Assembly: GCA_038851755.1 (NCBI GenBank) | Contig: JAWCKR010000004.1 | Span: 25,332-89,331 of the forward strand | Source: Candidatus Hadarchaeales archaeon | Lineage (GTDB): Archaea > Hadarchaeota > Hadarchaeia > Hadarchaeales > WYZ-LMO6 | Direction of reading: 5' to 3' | Length of the DNA stretch: 64,000 nucleotides | Part shown: positions 9,072-17,924 of the stretch, piece after piece | Layout: each line of letters begins with the position of its first letter | Position numbering within the stretch: the first letter of the stretch is position 1 | Translations under genes and position numbers: made by a program | The notes under the pieces: generated by a model | Told to the model about the DNA's origin: nothing | The model's input: the letters and a program-made list of their open reading frames with translations, nothing else | Databases searched by the model: none

Positions 9072-11165
9072 ATGCCTATTGAGAAGATAAGGAAGAGGGA
9101 CGGAAGGCTGGTCGATTTTGATTCCAGCAGGATAAGGGACGCCGTCCACAAGGCCTTCATCGCCGTCGAGCTGGAGGACGGGGAAAGGGCGGAGGCCGTG
9201 ACCAAGGAGGTGGTGAAGGTGCTGGAGGAGAGGTTCAGGGGGAAGGTGCCCTCGGTGGAGGACGCCCAGGACGCCGTCATCGAGGTCCTGAGGAGGAAGG
9301 GTTATGAGAGGGTGGCGGAGGAGTACCGCTCCTACAGGGAGAGGAAGGAAGAGATAAGGAGGCTCAGGCAGAGCCTGGGGATTCCTGAGCCGAAGCTCAC
9401 GGTGAACGCGCTGGAGGTCCTGAGGAGGAGGTACCTCCTGAAGGACGAGAGTGAGAGGGTGGTGGAGACACCGGACCAGATGTTCAGGAGAGTGGCTGGG
9501 GCCGTAGCCAGGGTGGATAGGGAGTACGGTGAGGACCCGGAGGAGAGCGAGCGGACCTTCTACGGGATGATGGCCCGTCTGGAGTTCCTTCCCAACTCTC
9601 CCACCCTCTTCAACGCGGGTACGGAGATGGGCCAGCTCTCCGCCTGCTTCGTCCTCCCTGTCGAGGATTCCCTGGAGAGCATCCTTACGGCGGTGAAGAA
9701 CATGGCCCTGATCGAGAAGAGCGGGGGAGGCGTGGGTTTTGACTTCTCCAGGCTGAGACCGAAGGGGGACGTGGTGAGGTCGACGATGGGGGTGGCCTCC
9801 GGTCCCGTTAGCTTCATGAGGATCTTCGACACGACCACCGAGGTCATCAAGGCAGGTGGGAGACGCAGGGGGGCCATGATGGGGATTCTGAGGGTGGACC
9901 ACCCAGACATCCTGGAGTTCATAACCTGCAAGAAGGATCCCGGTTTCCTCCAGAACTTCAACCTCTCCGTCTCGGTAACCGATGAGTTCATGGAGAAGGT
10001 GGAGGGGGACGGGGAGTACTGGCTCGTCAACCCCAGGAACGGGGAGAGGGTGAAGAAGCTGAGGGCCGGGAGCGTCTGGGACCTGATGGTGGAGTCCGCC
10101 TGGGCGAGCGGCGACCCAGGGGTGATTTTCATAGACGAGATCAACCGCCACAACCCCACACCCGAGGTGGGGAGGATAGAGGCCACCAACCCCTGTTCCG
10201 AGCAGCCCCTCCTCCCCTACGAGTCCTGTAACCTGGGCTCCATCAACCTCTCTCGGATGGTGGAGGGAGGGGAGGTGAACTGGGACAAGCTCAGGGAGAC
10301 GGTGAGGAACGCCGTCCACTTCCTGGACAACGTCATCGACGCCAACAGATACCCGCTGAGGGAAATAGAAGAGATCACCAAGGCCAACAGGAAGATAGGT
10401 CTGGGGGTCATGGGTTTCGCCGACATGCTGATTAAGCTGGGGATGCGCTACGACTCCGAGGAGGCCCTCAGGTTCGCCGAGAGACTGATGAAGTTCGTCT
10501 CCGAGGAGGCGCGTAGGAAGTCCGTGGAAATCGCCGAGAGGCGCGGTTCCTTCCCCAACTTCGAGAGGAGCATCTGGAAGGACAGGTACGGGGCCATGCG
10601 GAACGCCACGGTGACCACCATAGCGCCCACGGGGAGCATCAGCATCATCGCCGGGTGCTCCTCGGGGATTGAGCCCGTGTTCGCCCTCTCCTTCATCCGG
10701 AAGGTGCTGGGGGGGACGAAGCTCTTCGAGACTCACCCGCTCTTCGAGCTGATGGCCAAGGAAAGAGGCTTTTACAGTGCGAAGCTGCTGGAGGAAATAG
10801 CCAGGACGGGGTCCGTGCAGGGAGTGGAGGAGGTTCCGGAGGATTTGAGGAAGATCTTCGTCACGGCCTTGGATATCGCCCCAGAGTGGCACGTGAGGAT
10901 GCAGGCGGCCTTCCAGAGGTACACGGACAACGCGGTCTCGAAGACCGTGAACTTGCCGGCGAACGCCACGGTGGAAGAGGTGAGGAAGGTGTATGAGCTC
11001 GCCTGGAAGCTGAAGTGCAAGGGGATAACAGTCTTCCGCTACGGGAGCAAACCCGAGCAGGTCCTGTACATAGGGGAGGTCAGGGCGAAGGAGAGGAAGT
11101 TCGTGGCGGCGGAGTCGGAGTACGCCGGCGGGTGCCCCACGATGACTTGTCCCTTCCCCGGCTGA
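9072..11165 (+). CDS. nrdJ: Class II (adenosylcobalamin-dependent) ribonucleotide reductase with N-terminal ATP cone
   Basis: KRDGRLVDFD ATP cone, FLPNSPTLFNAG, LSACFV, TNPCSEQ, ESCNLGSINL, TIAPTGS, C-terminal CPTMTC. Confidence 0.93.
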   Translation: MPIEKIRKRDGRLVDFDSSRIRDAVHKAFIAVELEDGERAEAVTKEVVKVLEERFRGKVPSVEDAQDAVIEVLRRKGYERVAEEYRSYRERKEEIRRLRQSLGIPEPKLTVNALEVLRRRYLLKDESERVVETPDQMFRRVAGAVARVDREYGEDPEESERTFYGMMARLEFLPNSPTLFNAGTEMGQLSACFVLPVEDSLESILTAVKNMALIEKSGGGVGFDFSRLRPKGDVVRSTMGVASGPVSFMRIFDTTTEVIKAGGRRRGAMMGILRVDHPDILEFITCKKDPGFLQNFNLSVSVTDEFMEKVEGDGEYWLVNPRNGERVKKLRAGSVWDLMVESAWASGDPGVIFIDEINRHNPTPEVGRIEATNPCSEQPLLPYESCNLGSINLSRMVEGGEVNWDKLRETVRNAVHFLDNVIDANRYPLREIEEITKANRKIGLGVMGFADMLIKLGMRYDSEEALRFAERLMKFVSEEARRKSVEIAERRGSFPNFERSIWKDRYGAMRNATVTTIAPTGSISIIAGCSSGIEPVFALSFIRKVLGGTKLFETHPLFELMAKERGFYSAKLLEEIARTGSVQGVEEVPEDLRKIFVTALDIAPEWHVRMQAAFQRYTDNAVSKTVNLPANATVEEVRKVYELAWKLKCKGITVFRYGSKPEQVLYIGEVRAKERKFVAAESEYAGGCPTMTCPFPG

Positions 11166-11278
11166 CTTCCCCGACCTTCTCCGTTGGCCCCAAGCTCGCA
11201 CGCCCGGCTGTCAGCGCTTTTCTCCCCCTATAAACCGGCGCAAGGTTTTATGGAGAGAGGAAAGAATAAAAAGGGAAC

Positions 11279-12460
11279 ATGCCCTGGGATGCGGGGATGG
11301 AGAGCCTGCTGCTCTGGATGCTGATGTTCTTCATCTTCGGAGTCCTGTGGAGCTACCTCACTCCCCAGCTGATGTCCATGCAGTCCAACCTCCTGCTCTC
11401 CAAGATGAGGAAGTCGGTGAAGGAGCTGGAGGAGTGGGCCAGGGAGACCAGGAGGATCGCCCTCCTCTCCTTGGGGAAGCACGGACGCACCAAGAGGGAC
11501 CTGGAGGAGGAGCTGGGGAACTTCCTGGAGTTCTTCGCCATCGAGCCCGTGTCCGACGATCCGGCGGGGGTCATCCAGAGACTGGACCACATCCTGGACG
11601 TCAGGAAGAAGAGGTTCGAGGAGGCGGTAGCCCGCTTCGCTCCAAAGGCCGACCCGGAGGAGGCGGCCACGCTGGAGATGGTGATAGAGGGTGCGATGGC
11701 CAGCCACTACCTCTACCGGATGGTCAGGCACTTCCTCCTGCTCGCGGAGAAGACCAAGAGCTACCAGCTGGCCATGGCCATCCAGATGTACATGCCCCTC
11801 TTCAGGGAGTACGCGAAGGCCTACAGGGATGCCACCAAGGTGTTCTCCGAGGGCAAGCCCATAGGGGACGGGGTGGGGGCACTGGTGGCGGCCAAGCTCT
11901 TCAACGGGGCCAAGGTGAGGGAGCCGGTGGAGGGCACGGTGGTGGGTGAGGTGGAGTTCGAGGGGCGCAAGCTTCTGGTGGTGAAGGCCAAGGGGCCGGG
12001 GGGCAGGGTGGGCAAGCCCGGGGAGCTCATAAGCAAGCTGGCCAGGAAGAGGAAGATCGCCAGGATCATCATGATCGACGCGGCGCTGAAGCTGGAGGGC
12101 GAGAGGAGCGGGGAGGTGATCGAGGGGGTGGGAGCAGCCATAGGTGGACCGCCCACGGAGAAGTACAAGATTGAGCAGGTGGCGGTGAAGCACCGCATCC
12201 CCCTCGACGCCGTCGTGGTCAAGGAGTCCTTCAGGGAAGCCATCACCCAGATGAACAGCAGGATCGCCAAGGCAGCGGATGCCACGGTGGAGAGGGTGAA
12301 GAGGGCCATAAGGGAGAGGACGAAGAGGGGGGACTGGGTAATCGTGGCGGGGATAGGCAACACGATAGGGATAGGGCAGGGGAAGGATTTGCCCAGGGAG
12401 TTCCCTCCCCCCGCTAAGGAAGAGGAGATAGAGTCAAACAAGCTATTTATCCCCGTTTAG
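11279..12460 (+). CDS. DUF1512-family archaeal membrane protein
   Basis: N-terminal TM; IEPVSDDPAG, PIGDGVGALVA, KAKGPGGRVGKPG, IDAALKLEGERSG, GIGNTIGIGQ. Confidence 0.8.
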   Translation: MPWDAGMESLLLWMLMFFIFGVLWSYLTPQLMSMQSNLLLSKMRKSVKELEEWARETRRIALLSLGKHGRTKRDLEEELGNFLEFFAIEPVSDDPAGVIQRLDHILDVRKKRFEEAVARFAPKADPEEAATLEMVIEGAMASHYLYRMVRHFLLLAEKTKSYQLAMAIQMYMPLFREYAKAYRDATKVFSEGKPIGDGVGALVAAKLFNGAKVREPVEGTVVGEVEFEGRKLLVVKAKGPGGRVGKPGELISKLARKRKIARIIMIDAALKLEGERSGEVIEGVGAAIGGPPTEKYKIEQVAVKHRIPLDAVVVKESFREAITQMNSRIAKAADATVERVKRAIRERTKRGDWVIVAGIGNTIGIGQGKDLPREFPPPAKEEEIESNKLFIPV

Positions 12461-12488
12461 GGGTAAGGTTTGTAACAAGGGTGAGCGC

Positions 12489-14678
12489 ATGCACCGGTAC
12501 AAGCACGTCTCCGAAATAGAGAAGCTCATGTGGGAGACCAAGAGAGTGAGGAACATCGGGATAGTGGCCCATGTCGACCACGGGAAGACCACCCTCACCG
12601 ACTCCCTGGTGGCGGCCTCGGGCATCATAAGCTTCGAGCTCGCCGGGGAGCAGCTCTTCACGGACTTCCTGGAGATAGAGCAGCAGAGGGGCATCACCGT
12701 GCAGACCTCCGCCGTGAGCCTGGTGCACGAGCTGGAGGACGGGGAGTACCTGATTAACCTGCTGGACACCCCGGGGCACGTGGACTTCACCGGTGACGTC
12801 ACGAGGGCGCTCAGGGCCATCGACGGGGCTATCGTGGTGATGGACGCGGTGGAGGGCATCATGCCTCAGACCGAGACCGTGCTCAGGCAGGCCCTGCAGG
12901 AGTACACCAGGCCCGTCCTCTTCATCAACAAGGTGGACAGGCTGATAGACGAGCTGAAGCTACCCGCGGAGGCCATCCAGGCCAGGCTGGCCAAGCTCAT
13001 CGCCCAGTTCAACGAGCTCCTGAGAAAGTACGCCCCCAAGGAGCTGGCGGAGCGCTGGCAGGTGAAGGTGGAGGAGGGATCGGTGGCCTTCGGTTCGGCG
13101 AAGGAGAAGTGGGCCCTCTCCGTGCCCCAGATGAAGAAGAAGAACATCACCTTCAGGGACGTGCTGGAGGCCTCGAAGGAGGGGAAGAGGGAGGAACTGG
13201 CGAAGCGCACGCCGGTCTACGAGGTGGTGCTGGACATGGTGGTGAGGCATCTACCCAACCCCCTGGAGGCCCAGAAGCTGCGCATCCCCATCCTCTGGAA
13301 GGGAGACCTGAACAGCGAGCTGGGGAAGTCCATGCTCTCCTGCGACCCCAACGGGAAGATCTGCATGGTCATCACCGACATCATCGTGGACGAGCAGGCG
13401 GGTGTGATCTCCACGGGCAGGGTCTTCTCCGGGACGGTGGAGAAGGGGAAGACCGTGAGGCTGGTGGGCTCGAAGCAGGAGGCACGCGTCCAGCAGGTGG
13501 GGATCTACATAGGTCCCAAGAGGGAGATTGTGGAGAAGGTTCCCGCGGGGAACATAGCGGCCATCATAGGCATGAAGGAGGCGGTGGTGGGGGAGACCCT
13601 GGTGGAGGCAGGGGTGGAGGGGGTGGGCTTCGAGGAGCTCAGGTACATAAGCGAGCCCGTGGTCACGCTGGCCATAGAGCCCAAGAACTTCCAGGACCTC
13701 CCCAAGCTGGTGAACCAGCTCAACAAGATCGCGAGGGAGGACCCCAACGTCAGGGTCAAGATCAACGAGGAGACGGGGGAGTACCTGATTTCGGGAATGG
13801 GTGAGGTGCACCTGGAGATCGTGGAGTACAAGCTGAAGGAAGCGGGCCTGGAGATCAAGACCTCGGAGCCCCTGGTGGTCTACCGTGAGACCGTCACAGG
13901 GAGCGCCGGGCCGGTGGAGGGGAAGTCACCGAACAAGCACAACCGCTTCCAGATCAGCGTGGAGCCGCTGGAGCCGGAGGTGCTGAAGGCCCTGGATGAG
14001 AAGAAGATCACGGACAAGCAGGAGGCCAAGGAGAGGGCCTCCCTCCTGAGGAAGCTCGGGTGGAGCGCCGACGCGGCGAAGGGTGTGATGGCCGTGGTGG
14101 GGGGGAACATCCTCGTCGACATGACGAAGGGGGTCCAGTACATGGGGGAGGTGGAGGACTACATCAGGGAGGCCTTCACGCAGGTGTGCAACGAGGGGCC
14201 GGTGATGAGGGAGCCCATGAGGGGGGTGAAGGTCATCCTGAACGACGCGATGCTTCACGAGGATTCGGTCCACAGGGGGCCCGCCCAGATCATACCCGCG
14301 GTGAGGCGCCCCATCCAGGCCTGCGTTCTCATGGCCAACCCCGTCATCTTGGAGCCCCTCTTCAGGCTGGAGGTGCGCGTTCCCACCGAGTTCATGGGAG
14401 GGGTGATCAAGGTGATTCAGGGGAGGAGGGGAAGGATCGTGGCCATGGAGCCGGAGGGAGAGGCCGTCACGGTGATAAAGGCCCACCTCCCCGTGGCCAA
14501 CTCCTTCGGCCTGGCGGCGGAGATGCGCTCGGAGACGGAGGGGAGGGCGATCTGGGCCACGGAGTTCGAGCGCTTCGAGCGACTCTCCCCGGAGCTCCAG
14601 GCCCAGGTGGTGGCGAACACCAGGAAGAGGAAAGGTCTGAAGCTGGAGGTACCCAGGCCAGAGGAGTTCATGGACTGA
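12489..14678 (+). CDS. fusA: Translation elongation factor EF-2
   Basis: AHVDHGKTT, RGIT, DTPGHVDF, NKVD, GMGEVHL, SPNKHN, diphthamide loop HEDSVHRGPAQ. Confidence 0.96.
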   Translation: MHRYKHVSEIEKLMWETKRVRNIGIVAHVDHGKTTLTDSLVAASGIISFELAGEQLFTDFLEIEQQRGITVQTSAVSLVHELEDGEYLINLLDTPGHVDFTGDVTRALRAIDGAIVVMDAVEGIMPQTETVLRQALQEYTRPVLFINKVDRLIDELKLPAEAIQARLAKLIAQFNELLRKYAPKELAERWQVKVEEGSVAFGSAKEKWALSVPQMKKKNITFRDVLEASKEGKREELAKRTPVYEVVLDMVVRHLPNPLEAQKLRIPILWKGDLNSELGKSMLSCDPNGKICMVITDIIVDEQAGVISTGRVFSGTVEKGKTVRLVGSKQEARVQQVGIYIGPKREIVEKVPAGNIAAIIGMKEAVVGETLVEAGVEGVGFEELRYISEPVVTLAIEPKNFQDLPKLVNQLNKIAREDPNVRVKINEETGEYLISGMGEVHLEIVEYKLKEAGLEIKTSEPLVVYRETVTGSAGPVEGKSPNKHNRFQISVEPLEPEVLKALDEKKITDKQEAKERASLLRKLGWSADAAKGVMAVVGGNILVDMTKGVQYMGEVEDYIREAFTQVCNEGPVMREPMRGVKVILNDAMLHEDSVHRGPAQIIPAVRRPIQACVLMANPVILEPLFRLEVRVPTEFMGGVIKVIQGRRGRIVAMEPEGEAVTVIKAHLPVANSFGLAAEMRSETEGRAIWATEFERFERLSPELQAQVVANTRKRKGLKLEVPRPEEFMD

Positions 14679-14713
14679 GCGTCCGGTTTTTTTAGCGGAG
14701 CCCCCAGTGGGAT

Positions 14714-15250
14714 GTGATGGAGCCTCCGGTGAAGGTGAGGGTTTACAGGGACAGGGGACTGGTGCTCGAGGAGGCCCAGGCCAACCAGCTGTACCAGAAG
14801 GGGGCCTTCGGCAAGCCGCTGAGCGGGGGCAGGCTGCAGCTCTCCCCGCTGGAGGTCCTCTACCTGCTGGAGAACGGTAAGGCGGAGGCCGTGGACGGCA
14901 GGTCGGGGAAGCCCCTGGGCTGGGAGGAGCTCTGCCGGAGGTTCTCCAGGCTGGACCCCGAGCTGGTGGTGAAGTACGCCGTTTATTCGGATCTGCGCTC
15001 GAGGGGATACGTGGTGAAGACGGGACTGAAGTTCGGGGCCCACTTCAGGGTGTACGGCAGGGGGGAGAAGCCGGGGGAGGCCCACTCCAAGTACCTGGTG
15101 CACGCCCTGAAGGAGGGGATCAGGCTCTCACCTCCCGAGCTGGCCAGGGCCGTGAGGCTGGCGCACTCTGTCAGGAAGACCATGCTCTTCGCGGTGGTGG
15201 ACGACGAGGGTGACGTGACCTACTATTCCCTCAGGAGGGAGAAGCCGTAA
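14714..15250 (+). CDS. endA: tRNA-splicing endonuclease (single catalytic unit, ~178 aa)
   Basis: LSPLEVLYL, VYSDLRSRGY, GLKFGAHFRVY (Tyr), AHSKY (His), AHSVRK (Lys). Confidence 0.92.
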   Translation: MMEPPVKVRVYRDRGLVLEEAQANQLYQKGAFGKPLSGGRLQLSPLEVLYLLENGKAEAVDGRSGKPLGWEELCRRFSRLDPELVVKYAVYSDLRSRGYVVKTGLKFGAHFRVYGRGEKPGEAHSKYLVHALKEGIRLSPPELARAVRLAHSVRKTMLFAVVDDEGDVTYYSLRREKP

Positions 15251-16356
15251 TGCCCGAGAGGCTCGATCCCTGGGGAGCGGGCGTGCCGGAGGACTACGCC
15301 AGGCTCATGGAGGAGTTCGGGATCAGGCCGCTGGAGGAGCTCCTCCCCAGGATCCCCGATCCACCCCACCTGATGAGGAGGGGCGTGATCTTCGGGCACA
15401 GGGACTTCGAGAGGGTCCTGGAGAGGATGGGGGGAGGGCGGTACGCGGTGATGACGGGCCTCATGCCCAGCGGGAGGATGCACCTGGGGCACAAGATGGT
15501 GGTGGACCAGCTCATCTGGTACCAGAAAAGAGGGGGGGAGATCTTCCTGTGCGTGGCGGACATGGAGGCCTTTTCGGCCAGGGGCATACCCTACGAGCGC
15601 GGCAGGGAGATAGCTTTCGAGGAGTACCTGCTTAACTGCGAGGCCCTGGGGCTGGAGCTGGAGAAGTGCAGGGTGTACTTCCAGTCCCGTAGCCAGGAGG
15701 TGCAGGCTCTGGCCTACAGCCTGGCCCGCAGGGTGAACTTCAGCGAGGTGAGGGCCATCTACGGTTTCTCCGGGGAGACGCATCTCTCCCACCTCTACTA
15801 TCCCATGATAGACGTGGCGGACATCCTCCATCCCCAGCTGGAGGAGTTCGGCGGTCCCAGGCCCACCGTGGTCCCGGTGGGGGTGGACCAGGACCCGCAC
15901 CTCAGGCTGGCAAGGGATGTGTCGGCCAAGTTCTCCGAGGAGTACGGCTTCCTCCCTCCCTCCTCCACCTACCACCGCCTGATGAGGGACCTCTTCGGGG
16001 GGAAGATGTCCAGCAGCAGGCCCGACTCCGCCCTCTTCCTCACCGACCCTCCCGAGGTCTGGGAGAGAAAGATCTGGGACGCCCTCACGGGTGGCAGGCC
16101 CACGGCCAGGGAGCAGAGGGAGAAAGGAGGTGAGCCCTTCAAGTGCCTGGTGTATGAGCTATGCATGTACCACTTCGTGCCCGAGGACCGGGAGCTCCTG
16201 GAGCTCAAGGAGAGGTGCGAAAGGGGGGAGGTTATCTGCGGGGAGTGCAAGGAGGAGGTGGTTGGGAGGGTGAGGGGATTCCTGAGGGAGCTGGAGGAGA
16301 GGAGGAGGGAGGTGAGACCTGCAGTGGAGAGGCTCCTGCGGCGGATTTCCCCCTAG
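15250..16356 (+). CDS. trpS: Tryptophanyl-tRNA synthetase
   Basis: TGLMPSGRMHLGH (HIGH), ADILHPQ, VPVGVDQDPH, KMSSS, TGGR. Confidence 0.93.
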   Translation: MPERLDPWGAGVPEDYARLMEEFGIRPLEELLPRIPDPPHLMRRGVIFGHRDFERVLERMGGGRYAVMTGLMPSGRMHLGHKMVVDQLIWYQKRGGEIFLCVADMEAFSARGIPYERGREIAFEEYLLNCEALGLELEKCRVYFQSRSQEVQALAYSLARRVNFSEVRAIYGFSGETHLSHLYYPMIDVADILHPQLEEFGGPRPTVVPVGVDQDPHLRLARDVSAKFSEEYGFLPPSSTYHRLMRDLFGGKMSSSRPDSALFLTDPPEVWERKIWDALTGGRPTAREQREKGGEPFKCLVYELCMYHFVPEDRELLELKERCERGEVICGECKEEVVGRVRGFLRELEERRREVRPAVERLLRRISP

Positions 16357-16394
16357 GATTTTAATCCCCGTGGAGCAAAGGAAGGAGGACCCCC

Positions 16395-16508
16395 ATGGGA
16401 AAGAGACCCAGGAAGTGGAAGAAGAAGGGACGGATGCGCTGGAAATGGGTGAGGAAGCGCATGCGGAGGAAGCTCAGGAGGCTCAGGCAGAGGAAGACGG
16501 GGGTCTGA
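16395..16508 (+). CDS. rpl41e: Ribosomal protein L41e (eL41/eS32), 37 aa
   Basis: Manual translation [37 protein letters not shown]; SD GGAGG upstream; lies just before uL16. Too short for the ORF track. Confidence 0.88.
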   Translation: MGKRPRKWKKKGRMRWKWVRKRMRRKLRRLRQRKTGV

Positions 16509-16510
16509 GG

Positions 16511-16524
16511 AAAGGGTTTAAGCC
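16511..16524 (+). promoter_or_regulatory. Putative BRE-TATA promoter of rpl10e
   Basis: AAAGGGTTTAAGCC about 30 nt upstream of ATG 16555; similar AAGG(G)TT(T)AA elements precede several other genes. Confidence 0.5.
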
Positions 16525-16554
16525 AGGGACAGGGAGGTTTGGGAGGGAAGGAAC

Positions 16555-17064
16555 ATGCCCCTGAAACCAGGCAAATGCTACAGGCACTTCAGCGGCCCAG
16601 CCTACACCAGGAGGGATTTCGTGGACGGAATACCGGGCTCGCGCGTGACCTTCTTCGACATGGGCAACCCCAACGGGGAGTTCCCCGTGGAGGTCTCGCT
16701 GGTGGCCCGGGAGCAGGGGCAGATCAGGCACAACGCTCTTGAGGCGGCCCGCATGGCGGCCAACCGCCTGCTGGAGACCAAGGCGGGGAGGGAGAACTAC
16801 CACTTCAAGATTCGCCTCTACCCCCACCAGATCCTGAGGGACCACCCCATGGCCCTTGGGGCGGGGGCGGACAGGGTCTCGGAGGGCATGCGCCTAGCCT
16901 TCGGCAGGCCGATAGGCACGGCGGTGAGGGTGAAGGCGGACCAGAAGGTGATGACCGTCAGGGTCCCGGAGCAGTTCCTTGGCCTGGCCAAGGAGGCCCT
17001 GGACCGGGCGGTGAGCAAGCTCCCCCTCAGGTGGAGAATGGTGGTGGAGAAGGCGGGGAGCTAG
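16555..17064 (+). CDS. rpl10e: 50S ribosomal protein uL16 (L10e)
   Basis: PGKCYR, PAYTRR, QIRHNALEAAR, YPHQILR, GAGADRVSEGMRLAFGRPIGTA. Confidence 0.95.
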   Translation: MPLKPGKCYRHFSGPAYTRRDFVDGIPGSRVTFFDMGNPNGEFPVEVSLVAREQGQIRHNALEAARMAANRLLETKAGRENYHFKIRLYPHQILRDHPMALGAGADRVSEGMRLAFGRPIGTAVRVKADQKVMTVRVPEQFLGLAKEALDRAVSKLPLRWRMVVEKAGS

Positions 17065-17924
17065 AGGAGGCTTCCCAGGAGTTCGTAGATGGCCCTGGCC
17101 GCTGCGAAGGCCGTCTGACCCGTGTCGAAGGGCGGCGCCACCTCCACCACGTCGAAACCCCTTATGTTCAGGCCCCTCAGTCCGCGCAGGATCCTGAGGA
17201 GATCTAGCGTGCTGAGGCCCCCTGGCTCAGGGGTGGTGACGGCAGGGGCGAAGGCGGGGTCCAGCACATCCACATCCAGCGTGAGGTACACCGGGGAGGA
17301 TCCCACCTCCCTCCTCACCTCCTCCACGATTTTTCCTCCCTCGGCCAGGAGCTGTTCTGAGGTGTAGTACCTGATTCCCTTCTCCTCCCCGTACCTGGCC
17401 TCCTCCGAGGAGGAGGACCTGACCCCGAGCTGGATCAGCCTCCCGGGGTCCACATGCTCCAGCGCCCTCCTCATCACCGTGGCGTGGTTGATCCTGCTCC
17501 CCAGGTACTCCTCCCTGAGGTCCCGGTGGGCGTCCAGCTGCAGCAGGTAGACCTCCCCGAAGGCCTGGAGGGAGAAGAGGGTGAGGGTGTGCTCCCCTCC
17601 CAGCAGGGCGGGAATCTTTCCGTCCTCCAGGAGCTCCCTCACGGCCTCCCTTATCCTGCGACCGTCCTCCCCCAGCTCCGAGGAGAGCAGCAGGTCCCCC
17701 AGGTCGGCCACCCTCCATCTCTCCGCCAGCTCGACGCCCAGGGACATGAGATGGGTCTCCAGGTTGAGGGAGGCCTCCCTTATCCTGGAGGGACCGAAGC
17801 GGGTCCCGGTGCGGTAGGAGGAGGTGGAGTCCAGGGGAATGCCGAGGAAGACCACCTTGGCGTCCCCGTAGCTTCCCTCCAGCCCCCCGAAGCCGGGCTT
17901 CACGCTTATGAAGTCAGGGCTCAT
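17061..17924 (-). CDS. speB: Agmatinase (ureohydrolase family)
   Basis: GTRFGP, GGEH, DAHRDLR, LDVDVLDPAFAP, PEPGGL; ATG 17924 overlaps the ppsA TGA (ATGA). Confidence 0.9.
   Translation of the reverse strand: MSPDFISVKPGFGGLEGSYGDAKVVFLGIPLDSTSSYRTGTRFGPSRIREASLNLETHLMSLGVELAERWRVADLGDLLLSSELGEDGRRIREAVRELLEDGKIPALLGGEHTLTLFSLQAFGEVYLLQLDAHRDLREEYLGSRINHATVMRRALEHVDPGRLIQLGVRSSSSEEARYGEEKGIRYYTSEQLLAEGGKIVEEVRREVGSSPVYLTLDVDVLDPAFAPAVTTPEPGGLSTLDLLRILRGLRGLNIRGFDVVEVAPPFDTGQTAFAAARAIYELLGSLL

Noticed and set aside
9072-11165. Inteins in NrdJ (also considered for TopA and PpsA)
   Set aside because: Protein lengths are normal and no intein splice or LAGLIDADG motifs were seen.
8895-11201. 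Long antisense ORFs (768 aa here; also 45396-47147, 55572-56972, 35063-36832 and many others)
   Set aside because: Shadows of real genes caused by GC-rich codon bias; no motifs, and each lies opposite a well-supported CDS.
16370-16564. 64-aa ORF MEQRKEDP...
   Set aside because: Alternative frame of the L41e gene, which has a better SD and a recognisable sequence.
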